Source: Asterionella formosa
Taxonomy: Eukaryota
Assembly (NCBI GenBank): GCA_002256025.1
Contig: NKIB01013380.1
Span: 1-58,676, forward strand
Direction of reading: 5' to 3'
Length of the DNA: 58,676 bases
Part shown: one piece after another, positions 47,668-58,207 of the stretch
Layout of the letters: every line of letters starts with the position of its first letter
Position numbering within the stretch: the first letter of the stretch is position 1
The notes under the pieces: generated by a model
What the model was told of the DNA's origin: nothing
Databases searched by the model: none
Seen by the model: the letters and a program-made list of their open reading frames with translations, nothing else
Program-made: the position numbers and the translations under genes

Positions 47668-49479
47668 TCACTTGAAGTCTATGTAGTAGTTGCTATTTTT
47701 CTTCTTCTTCTTTGGGGGGGCTTGCTCATGGTCCCCACCTACATCTTCCATGGACCGCTTCGTTTTTGGGCCACCCACCAATAATGGATCAACCAAGGAC
47801 AATAGGAGAGGAATACTACTGTGAATGTCAACTTTTACATCGTCTGGCTTGTTCGGTGTGACAGCAGCATGGTTCCTAAGAACTGATGCTGGTATTTTTG
47901 TTTGCTGCTGCTCTGTACTAGTGCTAATAGTAGTGGGCGTTACAGACAACAAATCCGAAGAAAGATGCATTCTTGGCTCCATGAGAGTACAAACAGACAA
48001 ATCTGGAACAAGTGACATGGTATGCATCGGTGATGGGGGTAGCAGCGATGCTTGCAACGTTGCTTGTTGTCTCAACAGTTCCATCCAACGAGACTCACGT
48101 TCCGCCGTGTCTAGGAGGCGCTGGGCTTCCAGTTCCTTTTGCCATTTTTCCATCATCATTATTGTCGCATCATGATGAATGCCTAATGTGGAATCGTGAT
48201 ATTTATTTTCATACTCTGATGTGTTTTGTAACCGCCTACGAAATAAATGAAAGAGAAACACCACCACCAAAAGAGATTTGGTCCAGAATCGGAAAATTTT
48301 GGCATCTCCAAACACCAATTCCAAAACTACTTGAACCCAAGGTAATAGTATCAAACGCCACCGTCCGGTGCGTTGGAACATGGTCAATAGATAAAGGACC
48401 AAGGACATTCCAATTGGAAAAGGCAAGCTACAAAAGATGGAAACAACGGTGCGCCCAAGTGCGACCACCCAGTTCAGTGCTAAAAAGGGTGTCATCATGG
48501 TTGACACGATAGCTGCCGCACGATGCAACTCTGCCACACGTTTTCGTTGACGTTCTAGTTCCAAAACTTGTTCCTGAAGCATGTCATGTTGTAACTTCCA
48601 TGACTCTTGGAATTGCGCTTCCTGTTGCACCGATCTTTGTTCTACGGAGTATAGAACTTGATGTACATGGTCTTGTACCATGGTAGTTTGTTCGAACATG
48701 AGTTTCTGCTGTTCCACCATGAACATTGAAAATTCTTGTTGAGCTTCCACGAAAACATGGTCGAAATTGGTCTGAAACGACTGCAATTGAAGAGTTTGCT
48801 GTTGTAACAAGACCCATTGTTCCTCCATACTCTCCATAACTTGCTTCTGATAGTTCAAAGTTTCCAATTCTCGTTGTCTATTTGTGTTTTGCATCATGTC
48901 ATGTTGCTCAATCATGGCTTGCATGACATGTCCTGCATTATGCGATACTTGCGTCAATTGCTCTGTCACTTGTTGTTGATATTGAATCGTAACTTCCGAC
49001 GTCAGGCGAAGGCACGTCTGATGAACATGAGTGAAAAAGTGTGTATACGACGTCACGCCCCCATCGGTCAACTGGCGCAAACATACTGTCAACGAATCCA
49101 TCATCGATTGTCGTGTTACAAAATCATGACATGGCGAAGTGGGGACAAACATGTCTCTCCCAACATCGGCCAAGTGACAATTCGCCAATTCCAGTGCCAA
49201 TCTCTTTTGATGAGTAGAACTCATGTGATTGCACAGCGCCGTTCCAAGCAATTCGGTCGCAGTGGTTGTTCCCAATAAGGCTTCCATGGCATTTCGCCAG
49301 CATTGTGGGGAGAGATGGATCTGTGGTGGAAGTTGTGGCTGCTGTGTGTCCAGGAATAGCGCTCCATGTTGAAAGTGTTCGTGGGAGACTGGCGGTTGTT
49401 GTGCCAAGGAAAACGATGGAACAAGACTGGACAATAGTAGAAGGAGCCAGGCAAACGTTGCTTTCGCTGTAGTGGTCAT
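47668..49479 (-). CDS. GEX1: GEX1/KAR5/Brambleberry nuclear-envelope fusion protein
   Basis: Signal peptide; CWRNAM..C..QKRLALELANCHLADVGR..C..CLRQL..YTHFFTHVHQTCLRL Cys-rich domain; coiled coil; TM helices. Confidence 0.88.
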   Translation of the reverse strand: MTTTAKATFAWLLLLLSSLVPSFSLAQQPPVSHEHFQHGALFLDTQQPQLPPQIHLSPQCWRNAMEALLGTTTATELLGTALCNHMSSTHQKRLALELANCHLADVGRDMFVPTSPCHDFVTRQSMMDSLTVCLRQLTDGGVTSYTHFFTHVHQTCLRLTSEVTIQYQQQVTEQLTQVSHNAGHVMQAMIEQHDMMQNTNRQRELETLNYQKQVMESMEEQWVLLQQQTLQLQSFQTNFDHVFVEAQQEFSMFMVEQQKLMFEQTTMVQDHVHQVLYSVEQRSVQQEAQFQESWKLQHDMLQEQVLELERQRKRVAELHRAAAIVSTMMTPFLALNWVVALGRTVVSIFCSLPFPIGMSLVLYLLTMFQRTGRWRLILLPWVQVVLELVFGDAKIFRFWTKSLLVVVFLFHLFRRRLQNTSEYENKYHDSTLGIHHDATIMMMEKWQKELEAQRLLDTAERESRWMELLRQQATLQASLLPPSPMHTMSLVPDLSVCTLMEPRMHLSSDLLSVTPTTISTSTEQQQTKIPASVLRNHAAVTPNKPDDVKVDIHSSIPLLLSLVDPLLVGGPKTKRSMEDVGGDHEQAPPKKKKKNSNYYIDFK

Positions 49480-50610
49480 TGGTGGTAGCAGAAGAAGTAA
49501 CTATTAGATACACAAACGAATTGTTGTTCTTTGGTTTTTCTCGGGCAAGGATACAAGCGCACAAGGTTTTGAGTTGTGTGCTCACCTCTAAACAAAAGCG
49601 ACTAAATCGGTGTGTGTGTGTGTGCTGAAGCTTCCACTAATATAGCAATCAATCCACAGCGAACGTAACGAATTATGGACAATGGCTGAACATGTTGGTA
49701 CTTTTTGAGGAATGCGTATTGATTTGCGCTGGTGTTGAACTAAGTGGCGGAGCTTGGCCTTCCATCACGTTTCCATTCGATCCAGCGCTGGTAACGATAT
49801 ATATATACCGGTACGAGGACTATGATTTCTGTTATGTATTGACACCATCATTATAGCTACATAATTAATACGTACTCCGACTCCGTATTCTTAGCTAAAC
49901 TACCGTAGTCTTACAGGTGTACCGGTAGAATGGTATCCGAGTACGGTAGTCTACTGTACAACAATTCCCGCTCCAGCAATACATGTGGGTAGTCGTACAA
50001 AATACCACTATGTACTACCATACCGGGTAGGCTTGCCATTCAGGTACTGGTACCAGTACCGTTGTATACTATGTGTCACATACGGCGGCATGAATACAAA
50101 CCATACAGTATGTACTTCTCACGAATTCTGCATCCTCGCTCCTCATGATTCAGAGAAGCCTTTATAAGCATACCGGTATGCACAGATCATACCCACCACC
50201 AACTGGTACCAGGTACCTAGTACCTGGTACTACGGTACTCAGTACCTTCCTGGTAGTATGTACCTGGTACCTGACCGTTCTATTTTTCTTGAAAGAAATC
50301 CAATCGAACGTTCACCATTTACCAATGTACGAGATGAGCACGCACAGTATGTACAGGTTCCAGTAAACCTGGTACAAAACCTTGCGGCACATCCCAAAAA
50401 CATACTATCTATGTACCGGTATACGAAATAAACCTGAAGTTCTGATCGTGCATGCTGATATAAACCCCACGAGATTCGCTTCGAAAGCAGCAAAAGATTC
50501 ATTGGGTGTGTGCTGGTTCTTGGCCATTAAAAAAAAATCAGCCACCCCCAACCAGCCATCAAGTCGAGCAAACACCCTCCCTCCACGTTGACACGAACCA
50601 TCAAGCAACA

Positions 50611-51288
50611 ATGAAGCTATCCATCCCCCTTGTTACCTTTCTTTCCCTCGCCACCACCACCTCTGCCGTGTCATTGACAGGTGCCAATTGGGATGCTGAA
50701 ACGAAAGGAAAGATCATTTTTGTGAAATTCCAAGCACCATGGTGTGGGAATTGTCAAGCCATGAAATCAGACTGGGAAATTCTTATGGACACGTTTGAAG
50801 TCAACAGTGATCAATTGATTGTTGATGTTGATTGTACCGACAAGGACGCGGAAGCTCTTTGTGAGGCACAGGGTATTGAAGGATATCCTACCATCAGGTA
50901 TGGGCCTGTGGACGATTTGATGGAGTATGAAGGAACTCGGGACTATGACGCCCTCCTTGCCTTTGCCAAGGAAAATCTCAAACCAATTTGTTCCCTATCC
51001 AATTTTGAGCTTTGTGATGAAGAGAAAAAGGCGGAAATTCTAAAGCTTCAAGCACTCAGTAACATTGATCTTCATGCCTTGATTCATAACGCCGAGCAGC
51101 AGATCCTTCGGGCGCAAGATGAGTTCGAGGTCCACAGTATTAGGCTTCAGAATGACTATAATCAATATCATCTGGAGTTAATGACGACGTTGGATGCCAT
51201 CAAGAAGGAATCTGGAATTGTCCTCATGAAGAAGATTGCTGCCAAAAACAATAAGGCGGAGGCAGATGCGGCCAACGATGAATTGTAG
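50611..51288 (+). CDS. ER thioredoxin/PDI-like protein with coiled-coil tail
   Basis: Signal peptide, FVKFQAPWCGNC, DVDCT, GIEGYPTI, C-terminal NDEL. Confidence 0.9.
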   Translation: MKLSIPLVTFLSLATTTSAVSLTGANWDAETKGKIIFVKFQAPWCGNCQAMKSDWEILMDTFEVNSDQLIVDVDCTDKDAEALCEAQGIEGYPTIRYGPVDDLMEYEGTRDYDALLAFAKENLKPICSLSNFELCDEEKKAEILKLQALSNIDLHALIHNAEQQILRAQDEFEVHSIRLQNDYNQYHLELMTTLDAIKKESGIVLMKKIAAKNNKAEADAANDEL

Positions 51289-52474
51289 AATTCATCACTT
51301 TTGTGGAATGAGTAGGTTAAACTGTTTAGGAAACGCATTTTCTCAGTAGCTTTCCATGATTTTAATTTTGGATAAGTTCAATTCTACTTCCATGGCCAGA
51401 TGGTTTTCTCAGGGTAACGATATATCACTAATTAATAAGCAAGTGAATGAAGGAGGATAGCACCACTCAATCAGCTACACATGGAGCTCAACTTTACACT
51501 CATAACAAATACAGTGCGTTCTAGCAACACTTCAGTAAAAACTGCAGCACAGAGATGAAACTAGTCATTTCTCAGAGATGACATTCATGACATACTGGAA
51601 ATCTAATACCTCCTGGAAAACCTATAAAGCAGCATTATTTAATACATCCATCAATGCAAACATAGGAAACCATCCCTCACATCCTCCTCAACGCCATTTG
51701 CTAAATTTCATGAGTCTTGATGTGTACAAAGACTATTAGTAATATAGACAGCCAGTAGCAGATATGATAATAGCTTACTGCATCATTGACCATTGCTTAT
51801 TACATCTACTTCCAAAGGTGCACGCCTATCATTCTGAACTAGTTTGTCCTTGTGCCACCAGTTTTGCTGATGCTACATTTATGAATAAATACACACTTGC
51901 AGTGCAAACCACAGCCTGATTCCTGTGATATTCTGTGATCTTGCTTGTGGTTGAGATCTGCTTGTGCATTTGGTTGTCTATTTTCTTTTGAAGAACTTAA
52001 ATGCGTTTTCCAATGCTTTCATGGCTGCAATTTCAAGGAGCCATGCCTGTCATTGTGCATTGGTTGATCAGTGAGACCAGTGAATACCTGCCAGCGTCTC
52101 TAGTATGATTTTTGCTTGCATTTTTGTGAGTATGGATAACTGAATTGCACAAGCATGACGTACTACTGAGATACCCCTGCAATGATGATGGTTTCTTTCC
52201 AAAGCAATTTTGGCATGTCCTTCGAATATTAAGCACATCATCTGAACAGCTGGTGACTACCAGGTACCAGGTACTCATTATAGATCTGCTTTTGGTCGGA
52301 ATCAGAATCACCACCAGTGAGTAGGAAAAAGCTAAATTACTCATTTACCACAACTTGCTGGTACCTTTGCTTGTTGGCAATCCTTGATTACCTAGATATT
52401 GGTTTCATGCTCCTGCGTCCCTTTGATAGGAATTTTGATGATTCTTGGTTGAATTGCATTTAATTTCATTTTCG

Positions 52475-52674
52475 TGGTGTCAATTGGGACTGCATATTTT
52501 GGCATTTTTTGTATAGGAACTGATGCCAGCCAGGACTGAATTGCAGGTAGGAATTGGAGTCTTGTTCCTGCATCCCATTTATGGGAAATCTGATGCTTCT
52601 ACATTATCATGGTGTCAATTGGGACTATATATTTTGGCAGCTTTTGTATATGGACTGATGCCAGCCAGGACTGA
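52475..52674. repeat. 65-bp direct repeat pair within a CpG-poor relic region
   Basis: TGGTGTCAATTGGGACT..GATGCCAGCCAGGACTGA at 52475-52539 and 52610-52674. Confidence 0.8.
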
Positions 52675-53854
52675 GATTCACTTCCTTAGGAATGATTTTA
52701 AAAATTCTGGTAAAATCTCTGATAAAACATGTAATGAGGATGTCAGACATTTTAGCAAAGTTGTCTCAAATTGGGATTGAAAGACTAGATAATAGTCAGC
52801 CCCCAAAAACAAATAGCAAAGCAAGAAGTGACAAAAAGTTGACACCAAGTGGACACCACAAGAAGTTACACATTGGAGGGTAGAAGGGGATTCATGGAGA
52901 ATCGACCACAGATGATGATTGCTGACCACTTTACTTTTTTTCTGAAATCTTTGATGCTCGCCTTATGATTTGTTTGTGCCCACCATGATAGCTGTGTTGC
53001 TCTTCATTTTTGATAGACATTCTTGAGCAGCCAGATTTTGATTATATAGATATGACAGATCCAGCAGGTTATCATTATCATTGAATAATTAAAATTGCAG
53101 GTGCAAGTATCAGCATTAATGGCAGCAGAATCTGCCCAAATTGTCACAACATTGGAGCAAGAAATGGCTGCTGACAACAAATACCATATCTATTCTTACA
53201 AAATATCTTGGAATGAACAACAAAACGCCTTCTATTAACCAAGTCTCTCAGAAACACAAATATCTGATACCTGCAGATTATATTCAGTCGTTGAAACCAT
53301 TTCCTGGCAAAGTACCTGGTACTACCGGAAGTTAATGTCAGCCACCCCTGCATTGTTGTCAAATCGACTTGGATGTGGTGAATGAATATTAGCAGCGAAA
53401 ACTGTCATTTAACGACCTACAGTGGCATCAACCTGCCGTTATGGCGTCACGATATGGTTAGTTACCGGTAGTACTTATAAATAGACCGATACTGCAGTTG
53501 ATGCCATGATTGTTGTTCCGATACTGGTACCAGGTACCAGGGAGGTAGCGGTACTCGGAGTATCAGGTACCAGTACCAGACCGGTAGCTATACGGCATGC
53601 ATTCAAATTTCGTTGTGCCTTCAACATCTACTACCGTACCGCTACCGGATAAAAGAATACCGTTACCGGTAGAGAGTAATACAGTACAAACGGTCCAACC
53701 AAAACATATTCCAAGATGGTATAAACTGAGAATCCCCTATTCTGGGACAGCAAACGATCATTTAATTTTAAATTCACCAAGGTACCGGTAGTTGTTGGCC
53801 TACCGTACGCTTGTGCTCCGGGTTAAGCTGTATCCTCCTCTCCTCTTGTTCACC

Positions 53855-54364
53855 ATGGCGATGCTCCAAACTGCCCTGAAACGTTTCACTTACACGACGA
53901 TGAGGCGCCCACATGTCTTGAGTTTCCAAACCGCCTTCTTTTCCAGCGATGTCGATCCAAAGTCCGTTTCCACCAAGGATATGATCGTCCCCATTGCTGA
54001 GAGACATGGAATATCCCAGAGGTTAGCGGGAGATATTTTGGATCAGGTCGTTGAAATCATTACTAAGGTCAGTTATTTTGCGTTGGCATTGTTCTGAACT
54101 CGTTGTTTCCGGGATGGCTAACTCAACGTACTGAAAACAAAGAATCTCAGCAACCAACGGCAAGTGAAAATCAAGAATTTGGGAAATTTTGTTCCAATTG
54201 TTGTGAATCAACGGACAATGACGCTGAAATTAGACCCGGCCAATCCTAGGGAAATTTTCGTCCCGATGAAGCTAAAAGTGACGTTCAAACCGTCGTTGAC
54301 CTTGAAGGCAGCCTTGACAGAATCGATAAACGAATTGAGTGGCAAGACGGGCAAAACAGTATAA
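53855..54364 (+). CDS. Bacterial-type HU/IHF histone-like DNA-binding protein with mitochondrial-type presequence; exons 53855..54067, 54143..54364
   Basis: Spliced STKDMIVPIAERHGISQRLAGDILDQVVEIITKNLSNQRQVKIKNLGNF..DPANPREIFVP..KVTFKPSLTLKAAL fits the HU pattern. Confidence 0.8.
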
Positions 54365-54436
54365 GGGGATTGCAGAAAAACACTAGAGGTGTCCAAAGCG
54401 ACCATAACTTTGCCAAACCCAAAACTATACAAACCA

Positions 54437-57400
54437 TTAAATACTTACTCTATATAGCATACTCGTGATGAGTTCCCAGCTGGATTCCCTTGTTTCATTT
54501 CTCACACCCACACAATCAACTAGATTAAGCTTCAAAGGTGGTAAAGAGTATGTAGAGGTATGAGCCACAATGGCTTCATGTGTTTCCTTAATACCTGGTG
54601 TTGCCATTTCAACATGGGTCTGGTTGAGGTGGAAAGAAGCGATTGGCTTGCACCTTACATAGAAATCCAAAGGTCGATGCAAAGTCATACCATAGCGACA
54701 GTGTTCATACAACAAATATTCAGCACGAGCAAGTGGAGCTAGCAGATTCAGGACGTGAGCATCGGTAACATACCTAGCTCCAAAACGCTGAACTGCCAAT
54801 TGCTGCGCTTCCCGAATGGATTGCTTTACAAATGCCTTGGGAGGCGATGCCCTCGAAAATATGAGACCAACCTCAGTATACCAGGCTCCTTGTGCAATTC
54901 GAGTCCGATTTTCAAGTGTCATATTCAGCAAAGTCAAAGCAGCTTCACGCTCCGCATGGAGCTTGGCTTGACCAGTCCCATCATCCACAACCCCACTGCA
55001 TTCCCAACGGACTTGTGCGGCATCAAGGGAACAGTCATTGGGGCAGCAAAGAACTGATGATTGTGAATGTTTCGCCATATCCTCATATTCAGACTTTGGT
55101 TCGTCGTGTTCCATTGGAAGTGGTAAATCCCAAAACGAATGCTTTGGAATACTGTCCACGACTCCTGACACTGGATTCACAGTGATGCTGTGACGTAAAA
55201 CTAATGCTTTGAAACATCTTGTGCACTCAACTTGAGCACGGCAAAATGAAATAGAAAGCAGTTTTGCATTGCGAATAAGTTGAACCATGGATGGTGCGAG
55301 TTGAGACTTTGTATTGTTGCGAATATCTTGACACATTTTCCAGTGTAACTCTGCCAAGGTCAGACTAGAAACTCCAGCAAAAGAGGGCATGACTGCCAAT
55401 TCGCCTACGATTATTCCATCACGAGAACAACCCTCCTCCAATCGACGCCGAGGTCTTCGATCCAACATGCCTGGTAAAAACTTAGAGCCACCAATACAAG
55501 TCACAATAGCATCATTGCGGTTGCAGCTTCCACACACCTTTGGTGCTGCTGCAACTCGTTCCAAGGTAGTGTGAATCTGGTCTAAGTCACATTTGAATCT
55601 AGCATAGCCTAGTCCACTCTGTTCCAAGGCGCTCATCGGTACTGAAATACGAGCCACGAGTCCAACCCGTGGCCAGGGCAGGATCAGCTCATCCAGACCT
55701 CCAGCCACAACGGGAGCAGATTTTCCAGAATCAGCCACTTTCCACCATGCAACAGCCAATGCAACCTGCTCTTCAAGCATTGATACAGTGTGAAGAATCC
55801 TTGGAATAGCTTTCAACATCTCTTCTATGGCTATCCTGGGTATAGACACAGAAATCTTGAGTTCCAGGGATTGAATTGATGACACGTCATCGCCGCAAAA
55901 TGGACCAACCATGGAAGGTGGAATATGTGAAAGAGTCAATACGCAGGCATTGAATTGACCTTGACGAATTTTCGCAAACTTGAATCTCTGACGACACAAG
56001 AGTCCTTCGAACCTTCCATGTTTTATGCCTTGAGCTTGTGGTGACAGACACTGATAAATGGATAGCACATTTGGTGGCTTTGAGCGCGTAGGATATTGAG
56101 GGCGTTGTATTTCCACGTGTGCCACATTCGAGCAATGAACCAGGAATGAAGTAACAAAAACAAAACCGTTGAGTCGAAACAATGTACATGATCCCTTTCG
56201 ATGTTGACCTTCAGTGCCTAGTGAATTCCATGCTTTCAAATCAAAGCAACTGGTTCCAACTTTCTTTTCATCGCTTCCATGATGATATGATCCAAGACAA
56301 ACGCATGACATGACCACCGACTGAAAACGAAGGGCAATGAAATCACCAACAGACGATGCAACTGCCATGACTGACCCTGCATACACAGAAAGGGGAAGTT
56401 CCATGCACTTATCTGCAAATGACATTGGTTGGTTGTCATCATCAATTGACTGAATAGTTCCAAACATAATAATAGTCACGTTATTTTTCACCTGCCTCTT
56501 CCTTCCTTGTAGCTTTACGTAAATGTCTTCGGACGTCAATTGTATGGAAGTTGTCCAACCTCCTTTACCTTTTTGATGATGAGATGCAATATCTGCTTGG
56601 AAGAATTTTTCAATGAGATGCTGATTCAAGGTGTCATGGGCAATGGCCTTGACCTTGGAGAGTGAAACTGTGATTGGAAGCTCCACCTGAGCATTTGATG
56701 CAGAGTGCATCATGTGACATCCGCAATTCTTGTTGGTTTCTGAAATTTCTGAAGCGTGACTAAAGAACTCCTCGTAGGCGCTCCGTTTCATTTTTTGTTT
56801 GACAGTATAATCGTCAATGTCCACCAGATTTTTGAGTGATAGTTCTTCACATGAACCATCACCTTGACGAAGCAAGTTGAAAACACTCTGGACAACATGT
56901 CTGATTGATTCTGCATCCTCCACCTTCCAATTTGATACTTGGGACTGCAATGCTTGACCAAAGTACGAGGATTTTATTTGACCATACTTGAATGGAATGA
57001 ATGCATGAGTTCCACCCCAGTATTTTAATTCTTTAGTGATGTCCTCATTTTCTTCGATACGTTGGTGTTTGGTAGCCAACTGTAGTAGGCAAAGAGATGA
57101 CCGAAGGCAAGTGCCATAATGTACCATATTTGCTTCGATGGGATCCAGCCACGGCAAAATATGTACATTCACAGCTCGAACTATGGCTCCTTTTCGTAGG
57201 CCCAGCTGCAATTCCGTTGACATTGGAAAGTGGGAAAGGTGAATTGCGGCTAAATTTGATGTGGATCCATTGTTATCGTTATTGTTGGTTCGACAAATGA
57301 CATGAATAATGCTGGATGTGACATTTACTGATGTAATCGTTCCTTCCAGTGCAATCAAGGGGGATGGCGTCGATGGCAAAGTAATGGAATTATTTTCCCC

Positions 57401-58207
57401 CCATTCGATGCATTCTGCCTTGCTGGCAACGAACACATACCTCGGTATTCTACGTAGCAGCAGTGGATGAGTCTCGTCGGGGACACTCCATTTTTGACGT
57501 TTGACATTGTAAAGACGAATGTCGTCACCAGGTTGAATCGCAGCATGGCATTTCAATGGTTCAATTCCTTTCAAAACCACCACACAGCTTTGCATCGATT
57601 CATAATCATATAATTCCAACATGCAAAATGGATCTGAGGGAACAATGGCAATAATAGGTGAAATGGAATCGACTGTCGCCTGAAAGGAAAAATATTTTAA
57701 TTTCTTTTGATCAGCTAATAATTCTTGTTCCAAAACTTGCGGCAGACGACTCATACATACGTCCACAGCTAAGGTTTGTTTGTTTTGAGGCTGATGTCGT
57801 TCCTCCACAATCACCTCCATGTTGTGCACTTCGAGGGACTTGCATGAAAATGATCCAGAAGGATCATTATACTTGTTCGTTGTCATGTTCCAATGATGGA
57901 CAAGAACTTCTTGTCGTCTTATGTAGGAATGTAGTATTACATCCCAATGAAATCGTACAGCATCACATGCGTCTCGTTGCAAATGCTGAGGAAGTATGAC
58001 TAGATATTCATCATCCAATTGTGAGCTATTGTTAGAACTGTTAGCGTTGTCTGTGACAACAAAATAAAGACCATTAGTATTGGCAACAACAGCACCTACT
58101 GATGCATCGTCATTTTCATTTCGAGGTCGTTTCTTCTTCTTGGCGGACCAATCGCTGGATTCTTGTGGTAATTCTAACTTGAAATGAAATTTTCCAAACA
58201 GTTGCAT
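54437..58207 (-). CDS. CTC1: CST complex subunit CTC1-like multi-OB-fold telomere protein (1256 aa)
   Basis: ATVDSISPII..PFCMLEL..CHAAIQPG, LGLRKGAIVRAVNVH, C-terminal CTRC..CPNDC zinc ribbon plus VVDDGTGQAKL; size matches animal and plant CTC1. Confidence 0.78.
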   Translation of the reverse strand: MQLFGKFHFKLELPQESSDWSAKKKKRPRNENDDASVGAVVANTNGLYFVVTDNANSSNNSSQLDDEYLVILPQHLQRDACDAVRFHWDVILHSYIRRQEVLVHHWNMTTNKYNDPSGSFSCKSLEVHNMEVIVEERHQPQNKQTLAVDVCMSRLPQVLEQELLADQKKLKYFSFQATVDSISPIIAIVPSDPFCMLELYDYESMQSCVVVLKGIEPLKCHAAIQPGDDIRLYNVKRQKWSVPDETHPLLLRRIPRYVFVASKAECIEWGENNSITLPSTPSPLIALEGTITSVNVTSSIIHVICRTNNNDNNGSTSNLAAIHLSHFPMSTELQLGLRKGAIVRAVNVHILPWLDPIEANMVHYGTCLRSSLCLLQLATKHQRIEENEDITKELKYWGGTHAFIPFKYGQIKSSYFGQALQSQVSNWKVEDAESIRHVVQSVFNLLRQGDGSCEELSLKNLVDIDDYTVKQKMKRSAYEEFFSHASEISETNKNCGCHMMHSASNAQVELPITVSLSKVKAIAHDTLNQHLIEKFFQADIASHHQKGKGGWTTSIQLTSEDIYVKLQGRKRQVKNNVTIIMFGTIQSIDDDNQPMSFADKCMELPLSVYAGSVMAVASSVGDFIALRFQSVVMSCVCLGSYHHGSDEKKVGTSCFDLKAWNSLGTEGQHRKGSCTLFRLNGFVFVTSFLVHCSNVAHVEIQRPQYPTRSKPPNVLSIYQCLSPQAQGIKHGRFEGLLCRQRFKFAKIRQGQFNACVLTLSHIPPSMVGPFCGDDVSSIQSLELKISVSIPRIAIEEMLKAIPRILHTVSMLEEQVALAVAWWKVADSGKSAPVVAGGLDELILPWPRVGLVARISVPMSALEQSGLGYARFKCDLDQIHTTLERVAAAPKVCGSCNRNDAIVTCIGGSKFLPGMLDRRPRRRLEEGCSRDGIIVGELAVMPSFAGVSSLTLAELHWKMCQDIRNNTKSQLAPSMVQLIRNAKLLSISFCRAQVECTRCFKALVLRHSITVNPVSGVVDSIPKHSFWDLPLPMEHDEPKSEYEDMAKHSQSSVLCCPNDCSLDAAQVRWECSGVVDDGTGQAKLHAEREAALTLLNMTLENRTRIAQGAWYTEVGLIFSRASPPKAFVKQSIREAQQLAVQRFGARYVTDAHVLNLLAPLARAEYLLYEHCRYGMTLHRPLDFYVRCKPIASFHLNQTHVEMATPGIKETHEAIVAHTSTYSLPPLKLNLVDCVGVRNETRESSWELITSMLYRVSI

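Noticed and set aside
50740..50754. Possible selenocysteine active site in the thioredoxin
   Set aside because: Codons read TGG TGT GGG AAT TGT (WCGNC) with no in-frame TGA.
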